Below the pieces are notes generated by a model, which saw only the letters and a list, made by a program, of their open reading frames with translations, searched no databases and had not been told where the DNA came from. Shown one piece after another: positions 1 through 8,932 of a stretch of DNA of 64,000 bases. Within the stretch, counting starts at the first letter, position 1. The number at the start of each line of letters is the position of its first letter. A program made the translations under genes and the position numbers. The DNA lies in assembly GCA_024720975.1 (NCBI GenBank), contig JANJXX010000001.1, forward strand, positions 255,408 to 319,407, written 5' to 3'. Source of the DNA: Thermoproteota archaeon. GTDB lineage: Archaea; Asgardarchaeota; Njordarchaeia; Njordarchaeales; Panguiarchaeaceae.

Positions 1-310
1 CGAGAAAAGATGCATCCAGGAGTTGAGCATTCCAATAGGAGGCCATTGGCTCAGATTCATCAATAAGGATTCTCAGATCCCAATTGCCAATTTCAAAAAC
101 ATTCATTATAGCATATCTCATAGCTGCCGCTATAGGAATTACAAGAGGGCACAACGGTGATGTAGGTATCCACCTTATTTCGATTTTCTTGTGCTCTTCG
201 TCAACCGTTACTTCTTTTATCAGTCCCAAATCCACGACATTGATACCTATTTCTGGATCCTTAACTCTTTTCAGGGTCTCCATTATTTTTTGTTTTACTA
301 GCTCCACCAT
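1..310 (-). CDS. DUF59 / iron-sulfur cluster assembly factor (SufT/PaaD-like), 3' end runs off the window
   Basis: Manual translation from ATG at 310: MVELVKQKIMETLKRVKDPEIGINVVDLGLIKEV...WIPTSPLCP. The DPE-x-NVVDLGL and T-SP-x-CP motifs are typical of DUF59. Not in the ORF track because it is truncated. Confidence 0.85.
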   Translation of the reverse strand, partial: MVELVKQKIMETLKRVKDPEIGINVVDLGLIKEVTVDEEHKKIEIRWIPTSPLCPLVIPIAAAMRYAIMNVFEIGNWDLRILIDESEPMASYWNAQLLDASFL

Positions 311-383
311 TATAGTCACGCATAATGAACTAGGATCTTAACCTGTTAAAAAAAGTCTCAATACTAAAAAGGTGCTTCAAACA

Positions 384-1289
384 ATGAAAATAACTATCAA
401 ATCTGCAATATCGAAAATACTTTACGACAATCGGTTGGATCCCGCAGAATTTCGAGTAATTTTCAAGCATCAGGACGGTGAGTACTGGGACGTCCCTTTC
501 AATTACCTAAGATTCCAGGGAGGATTCTTTCAGTACTCTAACCTTGATACACTGTATCCCCTCCATAGAATCGTTGCTATATACTCTCTAGATGGAGGAT
601 ATCTTGTAAGGCGCAAGTTTAATCCTGATCTAGTCGTGATTAAGCCACAAACAATAGAAATCACTCCAGGTATTCCCATAGAACAGCAGTACGACTCATT
701 CACTGTTGCAAGATTTGGGTGGCTCATTATTAGACATTTAGAGTCTATGCTATCAGACAAAAATGACGAGATTGATAGCATACTCGAGACTTTAGGCGAA
801 ATTGATGAATTGGGTACAGACGATTCTTACCTTGTTAGGAGTGGTTATTTTGCCGGAACAATAATCAGAGATAAAACGATAATACGTGGGGCTTCGCCCC
901 TGAATTTTCTTGAGATTAGAGATCACCTATATTTTCAGAGGGTGTATCTATTCGACGCTGATGATTTATTCATCATTCACGAAAAAATTGCATGCAGGAC
1001 AACACCGACGAGGAGAGTAGAAAAAATGGATTCTATGAGTAGTTTTTCGTTTATTTTGAACATTGCTGAGAAGTACTCGTTACTAGCCGCAAATGGAAAG
1101 ATATTAACACTCGTAGACCAACAATCGAAAATGATCCTACCACCTAAATTAGCCAGCAAAATCGTTGGAACTCTGGGTGGCGATTCACTCCTTGCAGAAT
1201 TTGAAGTTAGCCAGAAGCGCTGGATTTATCAGAGGAACAAACTGGCCCTTGTGGCTGACCATGACACTATAGTTTCATACATCGCCTAG
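384..1289 (+). CDS. MJ1316/DUF504-like N-terminal domain fused to an unknown C-terminal region
   Basis: N-terminus IKSAISKILYD...IFKHQ...VPF...YPLHRIVAI matches the DUF504 P-x-HRI motif. ATG at 384 is preferred over GTG at 372. Confidence 0.6.
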   Translation: MKITIKSAISKILYDNRLDPAEFRVIFKHQDGEYWDVPFNYLRFQGGFFQYSNLDTLYPLHRIVAIYSLDGGYLVRRKFNPDLVVIKPQTIEITPGIPIEQQYDSFTVARFGWLIIRHLESMLSDKNDEIDSILETLGEIDELGTDDSYLVRSGYFAGTIIRDKTIIRGASPLNFLEIRDHLYFQRVYLFDADDLFIIHEKIACRTTPTRRVEKMDSMSSFSFILNIAEKYSLLAANGKILTLVDQQSKMILPPKLASKIVGTLGGDSLLAEFEVSQKRWIYQRNKLALVADHDTIVSYIA

Positions 1290-1314
1290 AAAGCGTCCAA
1301 GCAATTTACAATCA

Positions 1315-1881
1315 CTACTTGATGAACGTCCGTATGAACTCTATCATTAATTTCACAGCTTTGGCTCTGTGGCTGTGCATATTCTTCTCTGCGGTGCTCA
1401 TCTCACCGAAAGTTTTCTGACTACCCTCCGGGATAAATATAGGATCAAACCCAAAGCCGAAATGCCCCCTAACCTCGTTGCTTATTTTACCCTTACATAC
1501 ACCTCTAAACACTTTGATTATTCCCCTAAAGCACAACGCTATTATGCTTCTGAATTCAGCATTTCTATTTGTTATTCCATTCATTAGCCTTAGTATGCCC
1601 TCACAACCAATAGTCCTATAGACATAATTCGAATATGGACCTGGAAATCCTCTTAAAGCATCTATAAACAAACCTGCATCCTCTATAAAGAAGTCCACAC
1701 GAATCTCTCTGCTTAAGTTTTCTGCCGCAAAAAGGACTATTTCATCCAATGAATCCCCCTGTATCTCCAACTTCCTTATATTGCCAAGTGGCTCTAGTTG
1801 GATGCCAGACTCAAGCTCCTTAACTAAAGCTAGCACCTCCTCAAATTTATGCCTATTACTAGTTACAAAGTAAAGCTTCAT
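1315..1881 (-). CDS. rdgB: Non-canonical purine NTP pyrophosphatase (RdgB/HAM1)
   Basis: FVTSNRHKFEE, EDAGLFIDALRGFPGPYS, GFGFDPIF and SHRAKA motifs. Confidence 0.95.
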   Translation of the reverse strand: MKLYFVTSNRHKFEEVLALVKELESGIQLEPLGNIRKLEIQGDSLDEIVLFAAENLSREIRVDFFIEDAGLFIDALRGFPGPYSNYVYRTIGCEGILRLMNGITNRNAEFRSIIALCFRGIIKVFRGVCKGKISNEVRGHFGFGFDPIFIPEGSQKTFGEMSTAEKNMHSHRAKAVKLMIEFIRTFIK

Positions 1882-2366
1882 TTAACCACACCAGATCCAA
1901 GCTCCTTTTCTATGTCTAAAATCTCCTCATCATATGGGTTTAATTTTCTTGCTTTCTCTATCTCTTTTCTCGCTAAGTCCAAATTTCCCATTTCCAGCAA
2001 GATTCTAGCCTTGAGGATCAAAATCTCATAGTCTTCATACTCTTCAAAGACCTGACGCAGTTCGTAAGCTTTATCAAGTGATTCCAAAGCTTCAGCAGGT
2101 CTGCCCATCTTGTGTAGAATCTTAGCTCGCAATACCCAAGCTTCAAAGAGTTTCGCATCGGAGTTTATTGTCTCTTCTATAGCCTCTAGGGCACTCTGCA
2201 GCTCTGACTCTTGAAAACATATCCATGCAAGGAGGAGCGTTGCTTTGGGATCTTTTCCCTTCTCAAGGATTCTTTTGACTATTTGTTTAGCTTCTTTAAC
2301 TTTTCCTTGGAAGAATAAGGTGTACGCAAGTTCTACAGTCAACTTAAGGACCTTAAACAACCACAA
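1878..2366 (-). CDS. Tetratricopeptide repeat protein
   Basis: TPR periodicity (EAWVLRAKILHKMGRPAEALESLDKA; KARILLEMGNLDLARKEIEKARKLNP). Overlaps the rdgB start by 4 bp. Confidence 0.75.
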   Translation of the reverse strand: MWLFKVLKLTVELAYTLFFQGKVKEAKQIVKRILEKGKDPKATLLLAWICFQESELQSALEAIEETINSDAKLFEAWVLRAKILHKMGRPAEALESLDKAYELRQVFEEYEDYEILILKARILLEMGNLDLARKEIEKARKLNPYDEEILDIEKELGSGVVK

Positions 2367-2424
2367 TAAATCTAATTAAATAGATTACACAAATACTAAA
2401 GCAGCTAGTAGAACGTGAGTCGGA

Positions 2425-2964
2425 ATGACAAAAGAAATCCGCACTATACTTTTAGCACTATTTTTGCTGACAGCACTTGTGTTAACAGAGGTACATTCTC
2501 TGGAAGTTCTTATTGGGCACTCCTCCTTGAAGGATGTATACTATCAGGGGGAGGACTTAATAATCGATGTTTCAGTTTGGAACAATGGGACATCGGCGCT
2601 TAGAATAATTCACTTTAACTTGACAATCTGGAGAGTGGAAAAGCGCTACGATAGGTTGCGCAATGTAGAGCTAGTTTACAACTCAACAATAAAAAAGAAC
2701 GAGACGATATCACCAGGACAAATATACTCACTACGAATTCTTGTAACGGTCACATTTCAACCTGCACAGTATAATTTATCACTAGCGGTGGTAACTAGAT
2801 TTGCTTTAGGAGCAGCAGGCGAAAGGGAGGATTATATTATACCCACATATCTGTTCTGGGTTAAGCCAACATTTGAAGTCCCCACGATAGTCTGGGCTAT
2901 TGTCGTCGAAGTTGTCCTAATAGGGCTCGCCATTTACATCTATAGACGCCTAAGGGTATCCTAA
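2425..2964 (+). CDS. Membrane-anchored extracellular Ig-like protein
   Basis: N-terminal signal peptide, beta-rich domain with five N-x-S/T sequons, C-terminal TM helix and basic tail (YIYRRLRVS). Confidence 0.7.
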   Translation: MTKEIRTILLALFLLTALVLTEVHSLEVLIGHSSLKDVYYQGEDLIIDVSVWNNGTSALRIIHFNLTIWRVEKRYDRLRNVELVYNSTIKKNETISPGQIYSLRILVTVTFQPAQYNLSLAVVTRFALGAAGEREDYIIPTYLFWVKPTFEVPTIVWAIVVEVVLIGLAIYIYRRLRVS

Positions 2965-3082
2965 GCCACAACTAGCTCATATTCCTGAAATAATTTCTGC
3001 GCCTCACTGATGAATCCATTGCACTCTCATTGAGTTCCGATTAGGTCTCATTATGTTAGAGTGCGCTATTAGTGCTATTTCT

Positions 3083-3943
3083 ATGCTTAGGCAAAAACAT
3101 GTTAAAGCTCTTAAGCTCTTATATCGCCTCCTACGTAGATATGAATATGTTCCTATACATGCCTTGGCCTCGAAATTGGGAATGAAAGCAGATACCACCC
3201 GAAAAATACTCGAATACTTAATGAACATGGAACTTATTGAATCTAGAAAGAGAGACTATGAAGGATATAAGCTTACTTGGTGTGGATTAGATACGCTTGC
3301 TCTTCATAAGCTACGGAACTTAATAGAGTTAAAGGAAATATCACATAGAATCAACGTTGGAAAAGAGGCGGACATCTACGCATGCCGCGGGATTGACGGT
3401 CGTCTCTATATTGTAAAGACTTATAGACTTGGTCGAACGAGTTTTAGCAAGGTTAAGGCTAAAAGACCCATTTATGAGACAACAGCCGGTTGGTTAGTCA
3501 TGAGCTCCAAGGCTGCTAAGAGAGAGTTTCAAATATTAACAAAATTGTGGGAAGTTGGCGTCTCCGTTCCCAAGCCTATAGCACATGCATACCATATGAT
3601 ATTGATGGAATTTGTCCCTGGGCGCGAGTTATATAAGGCACGTCTTAAAAATCCGCTAAGCGTGTTTAGAACAATCATAAATGAAACTCTCAAGGCGTAT
3701 ACGAAAGCTGAAATCGTTCACGCAGATTTAAGTGAGTATAACGTTATTATTAATGAAGCCACAGAGGACATATGGATCATTGACTGGTCTCAGTGGTTAC
3801 CAAGTGATCATTTGGAAGCTGAAAATTATTTTAGAAAAGACATGGAAAATATTGTTAAGTTTTTTCATAAAAAGTATAGAATTGACCTGAATACACTGCG
3901 AGGAATTTTAGAAGATACCATTAGAGCATTTGGTAAAGACTAG
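3083..3943 (+). CDS. rio2: RIO2-type serine/threonine kinase
   Basis: N-terminal wHTH (YEYVP...GYKLT..GLD.LAL), VGKEADIY, RLGRTSF, HADLSEYN and IIDWSQ motifs. ORF track start is 3053. Confidence 0.92.
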   Translation: MLRQKHVKALKLLYRLLRRYEYVPIHALASKLGMKADTTRKILEYLMNMELIESRKRDYEGYKLTWCGLDTLALHKLRNLIELKEISHRINVGKEADIYACRGIDGRLYIVKTYRLGRTSFSKVKAKRPIYETTAGWLVMSSKAAKREFQILTKLWEVGVSVPKPIAHAYHMILMEFVPGRELYKARLKNPLSVFRTIINETLKAYTKAEIVHADLSEYNVIINEATEDIWIIDWSQWLPSDHLEAENYFRKDMENIVKFFHKKYRIDLNTLRGILEDTIRAFGKD

Positions 3944-5574
3944 GGCAGTATAGCAAGAACGTACTCCTGAATAAAGCGAATAATTATTGGTAGAAGACCT
4001 ACTCTTCTTCTTTCAAATTCACGAAGAGAGAACTCTGTATATTCTCTTGCTCTCGCAATATCATGTTTCAATAATGCATCCGCGGCTACACCTAAGTACT
4101 CAAGTATCTGAAGCCTTATTGTCTCGGGAATATTTGCTTCGTAGGCATATTTTAATATGTAGTTGAGAACGAAACTCCCATCGCGCTTTTCTAGTAGATT
4201 CAGGAGAATTTCCTTTGCTGACTCTTCTAGTTGTTTTATGTTTATTGCTCTGAAATCCCTTATGATTTCATTTATAGCTCTATCTAAGCCTATTTCCTTG
4301 TATACCTCAGTGAGGTATGCCATGTTGTCCTTGTGAATCTTCACCTCTATTCCTATCATTTCTGTGGGTCGTAGTTCGTTTGCATATTTCTCAGCTAAGG
4401 AGGTAGGAATACTCTCGGGAAATTCATTAATGACAAACAAGAGACTTGAGGCAGAGTCTATTAGAAGCGGTGTTCGTATAATAGGATCAACCTTTGATAA
4501 TTCATCAAGGCAGTAACTTAAAAGTGCGCTCGTATAGTCAAAATCGCCATATTTAGCATAAATCCTTGAAAGTCTGTTGGCAATAAAAACCTCTGATGAA
4601 GAATCCGTTTTTTGGAGATTAACTTTAATGTCATCGAGAAATGCTTGCACTTCCTTTCTATATCCAAATTTTAGGAGGATGTCTATTAGATCTGGTATTG
4701 TGGACAGGAACTCCTTCTTGTATAAATTTTGAATTATCGATGATTTTATTTTCTTGCACAACGAGGATACCTCAGGCTGGTCTATTTTAGTCCCTCCAAT
4801 AAGGTATATATGCAATGCATTTATCAACGCTCGTAGATGGTCTATTATTGATGTATCGGCCTGAACAAGCTGAAGTATCTGCTCTGCGAGCTCTTTTGTT
4901 TGGCCCTTGGTTTTATTAGCTAGCGCCAGAAACAATTCAGATAATATATATGCTTTCTTTTCCTTGGAGGCAAGAGGTAATAGGACTTTAACATCGATGC
5001 TTTCACCTTTTGCTATGGCCATCTTTACGAGTTTGACTATGGCTTCAACACGCTTGATCTCATAGGTTATTCTCTGAAGAAACTCTAAGGCTTTATTGAA
5101 TCCATAGAGTTCATATATAAAAGGTAATATCCTCGCTAGTGCTATTGAACGATCAGATCTATCTGGAATCTTTAGAGCGTACTCAATACTTTTATCTAAA
5201 TACTTCTTGGCCAGATCTTTATTATTTGCCCTCAGGAAAGCTTGAGACAGAATACCATATGCTAGCGCGGCATCAAAATCCCACTCGAATAACACATTAG
5301 CTTTCGAATCTATTTTGTTAGCAAGCTCAATAGACTTACTAATTTTATTCTGTGATAGGATTCCGGCTAATATTGCCAGTGTCATGCCCGATTCTTCCTT
5401 ACTAAGAATGTCTTCACTTATGTGCTCTAACAATATCAATAAACCTGCCCATTTGATGTGCTCAAGTTCATCTGCAAGTTGCATTAAGATGAGTTTTTTC
5501 TTTCCTGCATCTTCTAGCTGATTGTACAATTTAACGAAGGTTGAAAGAATTTCTTCGTAAGCATTTGTTTCCAT
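3940..5574 (-). CDS. Helical-repeat (TPR-like) hypothetical protein
   Basis: 544-aa all-alpha ORF with repeats such as LAKKYLDKSIEYALKIPDRSDRSIALARI. Confidence 0.6.
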   Translation of the reverse strand: METNAYEEILSTFVKLYNQLEDAGKKKLILMQLADELEHIKWAGLLILLEHISEDILSKEESGMTLAILAGILSQNKISKSIELANKIDSKANVLFEWDFDAALAYGILSQAFLRANNKDLAKKYLDKSIEYALKIPDRSDRSIALARILPFIYELYGFNKALEFLQRITYEIKRVEAIVKLVKMAIAKGESIDVKVLLPLASKEKKAYILSELFLALANKTKGQTKELAEQILQLVQADTSIIDHLRALINALHIYLIGGTKIDQPEVSSLCKKIKSSIIQNLYKKEFLSTIPDLIDILLKFGYRKEVQAFLDDIKVNLQKTDSSSEVFIANRLSRIYAKYGDFDYTSALLSYCLDELSKVDPIIRTPLLIDSASSLLFVINEFPESIPTSLAEKYANELRPTEMIGIEVKIHKDNMAYLTEVYKEIGLDRAINEIIRDFRAINIKQLEESAKEILLNLLEKRDGSFVLNYILKYAYEANIPETIRLQILEYLGVAADALLKHDIARAREYTEFSLREFERRRVGLLPIIIRFIQEYVLAILP

Positions 5575-5585
5575 AGATTGAACAC

Positions 5586-6029
5586 CTATTCAAGGAAAAG
5601 GATTTTTCTAATTCGGTGCTCCTCTTCACTTGAAATGCCTTCCAAATCGTCATTTTGATAAACAAGCTTGAATTCATAGTTATATATGAACATCGAAATT
5701 CCATCCGTTAAAACGACGTACCAAGGCCTCAGAATTTGAATATACGGTAATACTAAAAGCTTCTCAAAGCGCCCCCTAACTGTTGGATCTCTAATGTTTA
5801 CCTCTGGATCCATAACCTCAACAACAACGACAGGAAAATTATTATGGACCCAAACAAGATCGGGTTGTAGTTCATTATAATTATCCATAACTATTAGATT
5901 GCTGCGCGGAACACCAGATTTTTCAAAGTACATCTGAAAGAGAGCAACAATAAAATCGTGCTTTCTGTTTTCCGTTTTTACAATTCTCGCGATTTTCCTA
6001 AGGGATAAACTTTCTATCATAACAAACAC
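5586..6029 (-). CDS. PD-(D/E)xK-fold protein resembling the type I restriction HsdR N-terminal domain
   Basis: QPDLV...PVVVVEVM...YVVLTDG pattern; the catalytic Lys is absent. Confidence 0.5.
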   Translation of the reverse strand: MFVMIESLSLRKIARIVKTENRKHDFIVALFQMYFEKSGVPRSNLIVMDNYNELQPDLVWVHNNFPVVVVEVMDPEVNIRDPTVRGRFEKLLVLPYIQILRPWYVVLTDGISMFIYNYEFKLVYQNDDLEGISSEEEHRIRKILFLE

Positions 6030-6070
6030 GGGATCTAGTTTGCTTAAGCGATCAGGTCATAGCAGAGTAG

Positions 6071-6179
6071 TGGGCCCGGCGGGATTTGAACCCGCGACAC
6101 AGGGCTTAGGAGGCCCTCGCGCTTTCAGATTCAACAAATTTTATCAACATAGTAATTATCCTGGCTGCGCTACGGGCCC
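6071..6179 (-). tRNA. tRNA-Arg(CCT) with 34-nt D-loop intron (6124-6157)
   Basis: Cloverleaf GGGCCCG/CGGGCCC-A, anticodon arm AGGGC-CTCCTAA-GCCCT, T-loop TTCAAAT. BHB-like CAGG/TCTG helix flanks the insert. Confidence 0.92.
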
Positions 6180-6206
6180 TCGCATTTTTTGGGTCATAAA
6201 AATCCA

Positions 6207-6281
6207 TGGTGGAGGGGGCGGGATTCGAACCCGCGGCCTCAGGCTTGCCATGCCTGCGAGATACCTCTACTCCACCCCTCC
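6207..6281 (-). tRNA. tRNA-Ala(GGC), encoded CCA, A3:U70 pair
   Basis: GGAGGGG...CAGGC-ATGGCAA-GCCTG...GCGGG-TTCGAAT-CCCGC-CCCCTCC-A-CCA. Confidence 0.88.
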
Positions 6282-6477
6282 TCCTTTTTGTTTTGATCCC
6301 AGTTGAATTAGACTATATCTACTATTTAGTGATTTAAAAATATTTCATGTCACCCACGACTCCTTTTGCAAACAAATTAAAGCCGCTTTTTAATTCTCCA
6401 TAAGGACCAGAATTTGTTCAATAACTTTGAGTAAATTCTTTCTAAGATTTTGAGAAGGAGTTAATTAAACCGCTGAG

Positions 6478-6551
6478 TGGGCCCGGGCGGATTCGAACCG
6501 CCGACCGTCCGGTTATGAGCCGGACGCTCTACCTGGCTGAGCTACGGGCCC
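6478..6551 (-). tRNA. tRNA-Ile2(CAT) (agmatidine type)
   Basis: Anticodon loop CTCATAA. The GGGCCCG acceptor stem matches tRNA-Ile(GAT) in this window and differs from the GCCGCCG elongator Met. Confidence 0.85.
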
Positions 6552-6620
6552 TATTTTCAAGCGCTACCAGACATTATCCATAAGAGTAACATAATTCAAT
6601 ACACTTTTTTTAAAAATTTG

Positions 6621-8513
6621 CTATATCCTGAGGCTTTTGACAATTTCTATACCTTTTTCATTAGCTTCTGCTATTATCAAGTCGTATGATTGCAGATCAA
6701 GAACACTGAAGTATCCTATTGTCGGAACTATACCTATGTCTCTTTGCCATGCAGTCAAACCCTCAAAGCTTCCTGCCGTTAATACAACTGTTCCTCGATG
6801 CCGTGCGTGACTTGATATATGTACGTGACCCATCAGTAGAATGTCAGGTTCCTCCTCTATTACCAAATGATCTTCTTGAGTAGGGGCTTGTGGTATCAAT
6901 CCCCATTGGGGGCATAAGTGTCTCCACCTCAGTAGTTCCGTCGTTACCTCATGTACATTTTCAAGTTTGACTCCAAATAAGCCCGCTATTCGCTCCAGAC
7001 CCTGACCATGGTATAATAATATTTTCACCCCATGTATTTCTACCATCGCGGGATTAGAAAGAATTTGCACTGTTGAGAGGTCATAGAGAGCATCTGCAAA
7101 TTTTTCGCTGATTGGGGGCTGTGGAATAAATCTCGTAGAAGCATCATGATTCCCGGGTATTGCTATTACCAGCTTGTCGTCTGGTATTTTACTTAGGTAC
7201 TCTGCCAGAATTCTATACTGACTCTTTTGGTCAAATATTGCAAGTTCATCCTTTTGTTGAGGATATATCCCAACACCATCTACAAGATCTCCAACAAGGA
7301 TTATGTATTCGATTTCTCCTGCTATTTCATTTAATTCTGGGCTTTTTGTCTCTCCCCTCAGGAATTCTATGAGCCGCTCAAATCGATCCTTCATAAATTG
7401 CTTACTGCCTACGTGTAGATCTGCTGCTACTAGTATTTTCGTTGGTTCAGTCGATTTATTGCGGGTCCTCACTCTAGGTAAGTCGGGAAATATTATATTA
7501 GAGGCAATGACAAACCTTTCTGACTTTACTGATTTTATTTCAACTGCGATAACCGTATCTTCTAGTATTCTATCAAATTTTGCTTTAAGATCCGGATCAG
7601 CGTCGAAAGGTACATATATTTTGAACCTAGAGTATGTGTCATCACCGACGATTAACCCTCCTTTACCATTCTTAGCTATTTCCTTTGAGTCTACCATAAT
7701 CACTACATACGTATCCTGATACTCACCCGGCTTCAGGTCTAAACTTTCTATGATGCGTCCGCCTACATTCTTCTCAAGAATTTTTAGAAGTTTCTCATAT
7801 CGACTGAGGAAATATGCTCTGAAAGCTTCTGGGGAGTCACTTAAATTATACCAAGGAACTGTTTTTACAATTCTAACCGATGCTTTAATTTGATCACGTT
7901 TCTTAGAGAATGCTGCTTTATCAGTCCCGACAGTTTCTACTGCTTTTTCTTGAATTGCCTCAATAGACGCAGCCCTAAGTTTTTCAGTCGAATCTTCCTC
8001 GCGAATATGAGCATTGAAAATTTTATTTAAAGGTTCCTCGTAAGATGCCTCCGGTTGACGCTGCTTTGATGCTAATACATTTTCTTTAACCCGCCCGCGA
8101 GTTTCAACGCTGAATTCCAGTACCTGTTGAGGGGTCTGCTCCATTTGATGTAATATTGATTTGCAGCTGGCTTCTGTTTCTCGCCCATGTTTCTTATTTT
8201 CCCTCTTTGTTGCCTTTTCTAATATTTCGCTAATACCAATCATTGGAGATTTGGTTCGCGTCTTGGGTAGAGCTCGAGATTCATACAACACCGATTTTAT
8301 TGCATCTTGAACGTAGCTCTTATCTATGACTGAAATATTATGTCTTTCTACACGATAGGCCAGTTGTTTCATTATTTCTTCAAAAAGACTCTTGGGAAGA
8401 ATTTCAAACATCACTGAAAGTATGTTTAAAGCGTCTGGTGTTATGTTTGTCTTTAGTTTTTCAAATACTATTTCTAGTATACTCAGAGCGCACTTTGAAA
8501 GCTTGCTTACCAA
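6621..8513 (-). CDS. polD1: DNA polymerase D small subunit DP1 (proofreading exonuclease)
   Basis: YFLSRYEKL, OB fold, and calcineurin-like motifs ADLHVGSK, GDLVDGVGIYP, PGNHD, LYHG, RHLCP, GHVH. Confidence 0.95.
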   Translation of the reverse strand: MVSKLSKCALSILEIVFEKLKTNITPDALNILSVMFEILPKSLFEEIMKQLAYRVERHNISVIDKSYVQDAIKSVLYESRALPKTRTKSPMIGISEILEKATKRENKKHGRETEASCKSILHQMEQTPQQVLEFSVETRGRVKENVLASKQRQPEASYEEPLNKIFNAHIREEDSTEKLRAASIEAIQEKAVETVGTDKAAFSKKRDQIKASVRIVKTVPWYNLSDSPEAFRAYFLSRYEKLLKILEKNVGGRIIESLDLKPGEYQDTYVVIMVDSKEIAKNGKGGLIVGDDTYSRFKIYVPFDADPDLKAKFDRILEDTVIAVEIKSVKSERFVIASNIIFPDLPRVRTRNKSTEPTKILVAADLHVGSKQFMKDRFERLIEFLRGETKSPELNEIAGEIEYIILVGDLVDGVGIYPQQKDELAIFDQKSQYRILAEYLSKIPDDKLVIAIPGNHDASTRFIPQPPISEKFADALYDLSTVQILSNPAMVEIHGVKILLYHGQGLERIAGLFGVKLENVHEVTTELLRWRHLCPQWGLIPQAPTQEDHLVIEEEPDILLMGHVHISSHARHRGTVVLTAGSFEGLTAWQRDIGIVPTIGYFSVLDLQSYDLIIAEANEKGIEIVKSLRI

Positions 8514-8668
8514 AATTTTCCCTCGGTCTTATTTCTTTGTCTATTCGTCTTATTAGGAAAATATGCGTCTTAATACAATCCTTCATCTTAGCCCATTTCA
8601 ACTCTAAATTGTTATTACCAAACAAGAGGATCCTCATCTGAGATTTTCTGATCGGTTGCGATATAAGA

Positions 8669-8741
8669 AGCCCGGGGCGGGATTTGAACCCGCGACCTCG
8701 GGATTACAAATCCCGCGCTCTAACCGCTGAGCTACCCGGGC
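8669..8741 (-). tRNA. tRNA-Thr(TGT)
   Basis: GCCCGGG...CGGGA-TTTGTAA-TCCCG...CCCGGGC-T cloverleaf. Confidence 0.95.
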
Positions 8742-8767
8742 AATGGTCTTTCTTAAGAGAATTTTAG

Positions 8768-8857
8768 TGGGCCCGGCCGGACTCGAACCGGCATAAGGTT
8801 AACCCTGTTGTCCTTCCGGTTATCAGCCGGACGCGCTAGCCACTACGCTACGGGCCC
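8768..8857 (-). tRNA. tRNA-Ile(GAT) with 17-nt intron at 48/49 (8793-8809)
   Basis: Anticodon loop CTGATAA. The insert is flanked by a BHB-like CCGG-AAGG-ACA / CCTT-ATG-CCGG. Confidence 0.92.
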
Positions 8858-8932
8858 CTACATGTTGATACTCTCCAAAAATAACAGTATACTAGTACTT
8901 CAATTTTAAAAATGAGGGACGATGCAAGTAAC

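Noticed and set aside
84-341. Plus-strand 85-aa ORF and the many other short antisense ORFs in the track
   Set aside because: They are shadows of well-supported genes on the opposite strand and carry no motifs.
3005-3050. C/D-like element CTGATGA...CTCA...CTCA whose complement loosely resembles 23S rRNA
   Set aside because: Both D boxes would be CTCA rather than CTGA and there is no terminal stem; not supportable without the rRNA sequence.
6040-6306. Short ORFs overlapping tRNA genes (also 45031-45249 and 56673-56888)
   Set aside because: They are spurious translations of tRNA sequence.
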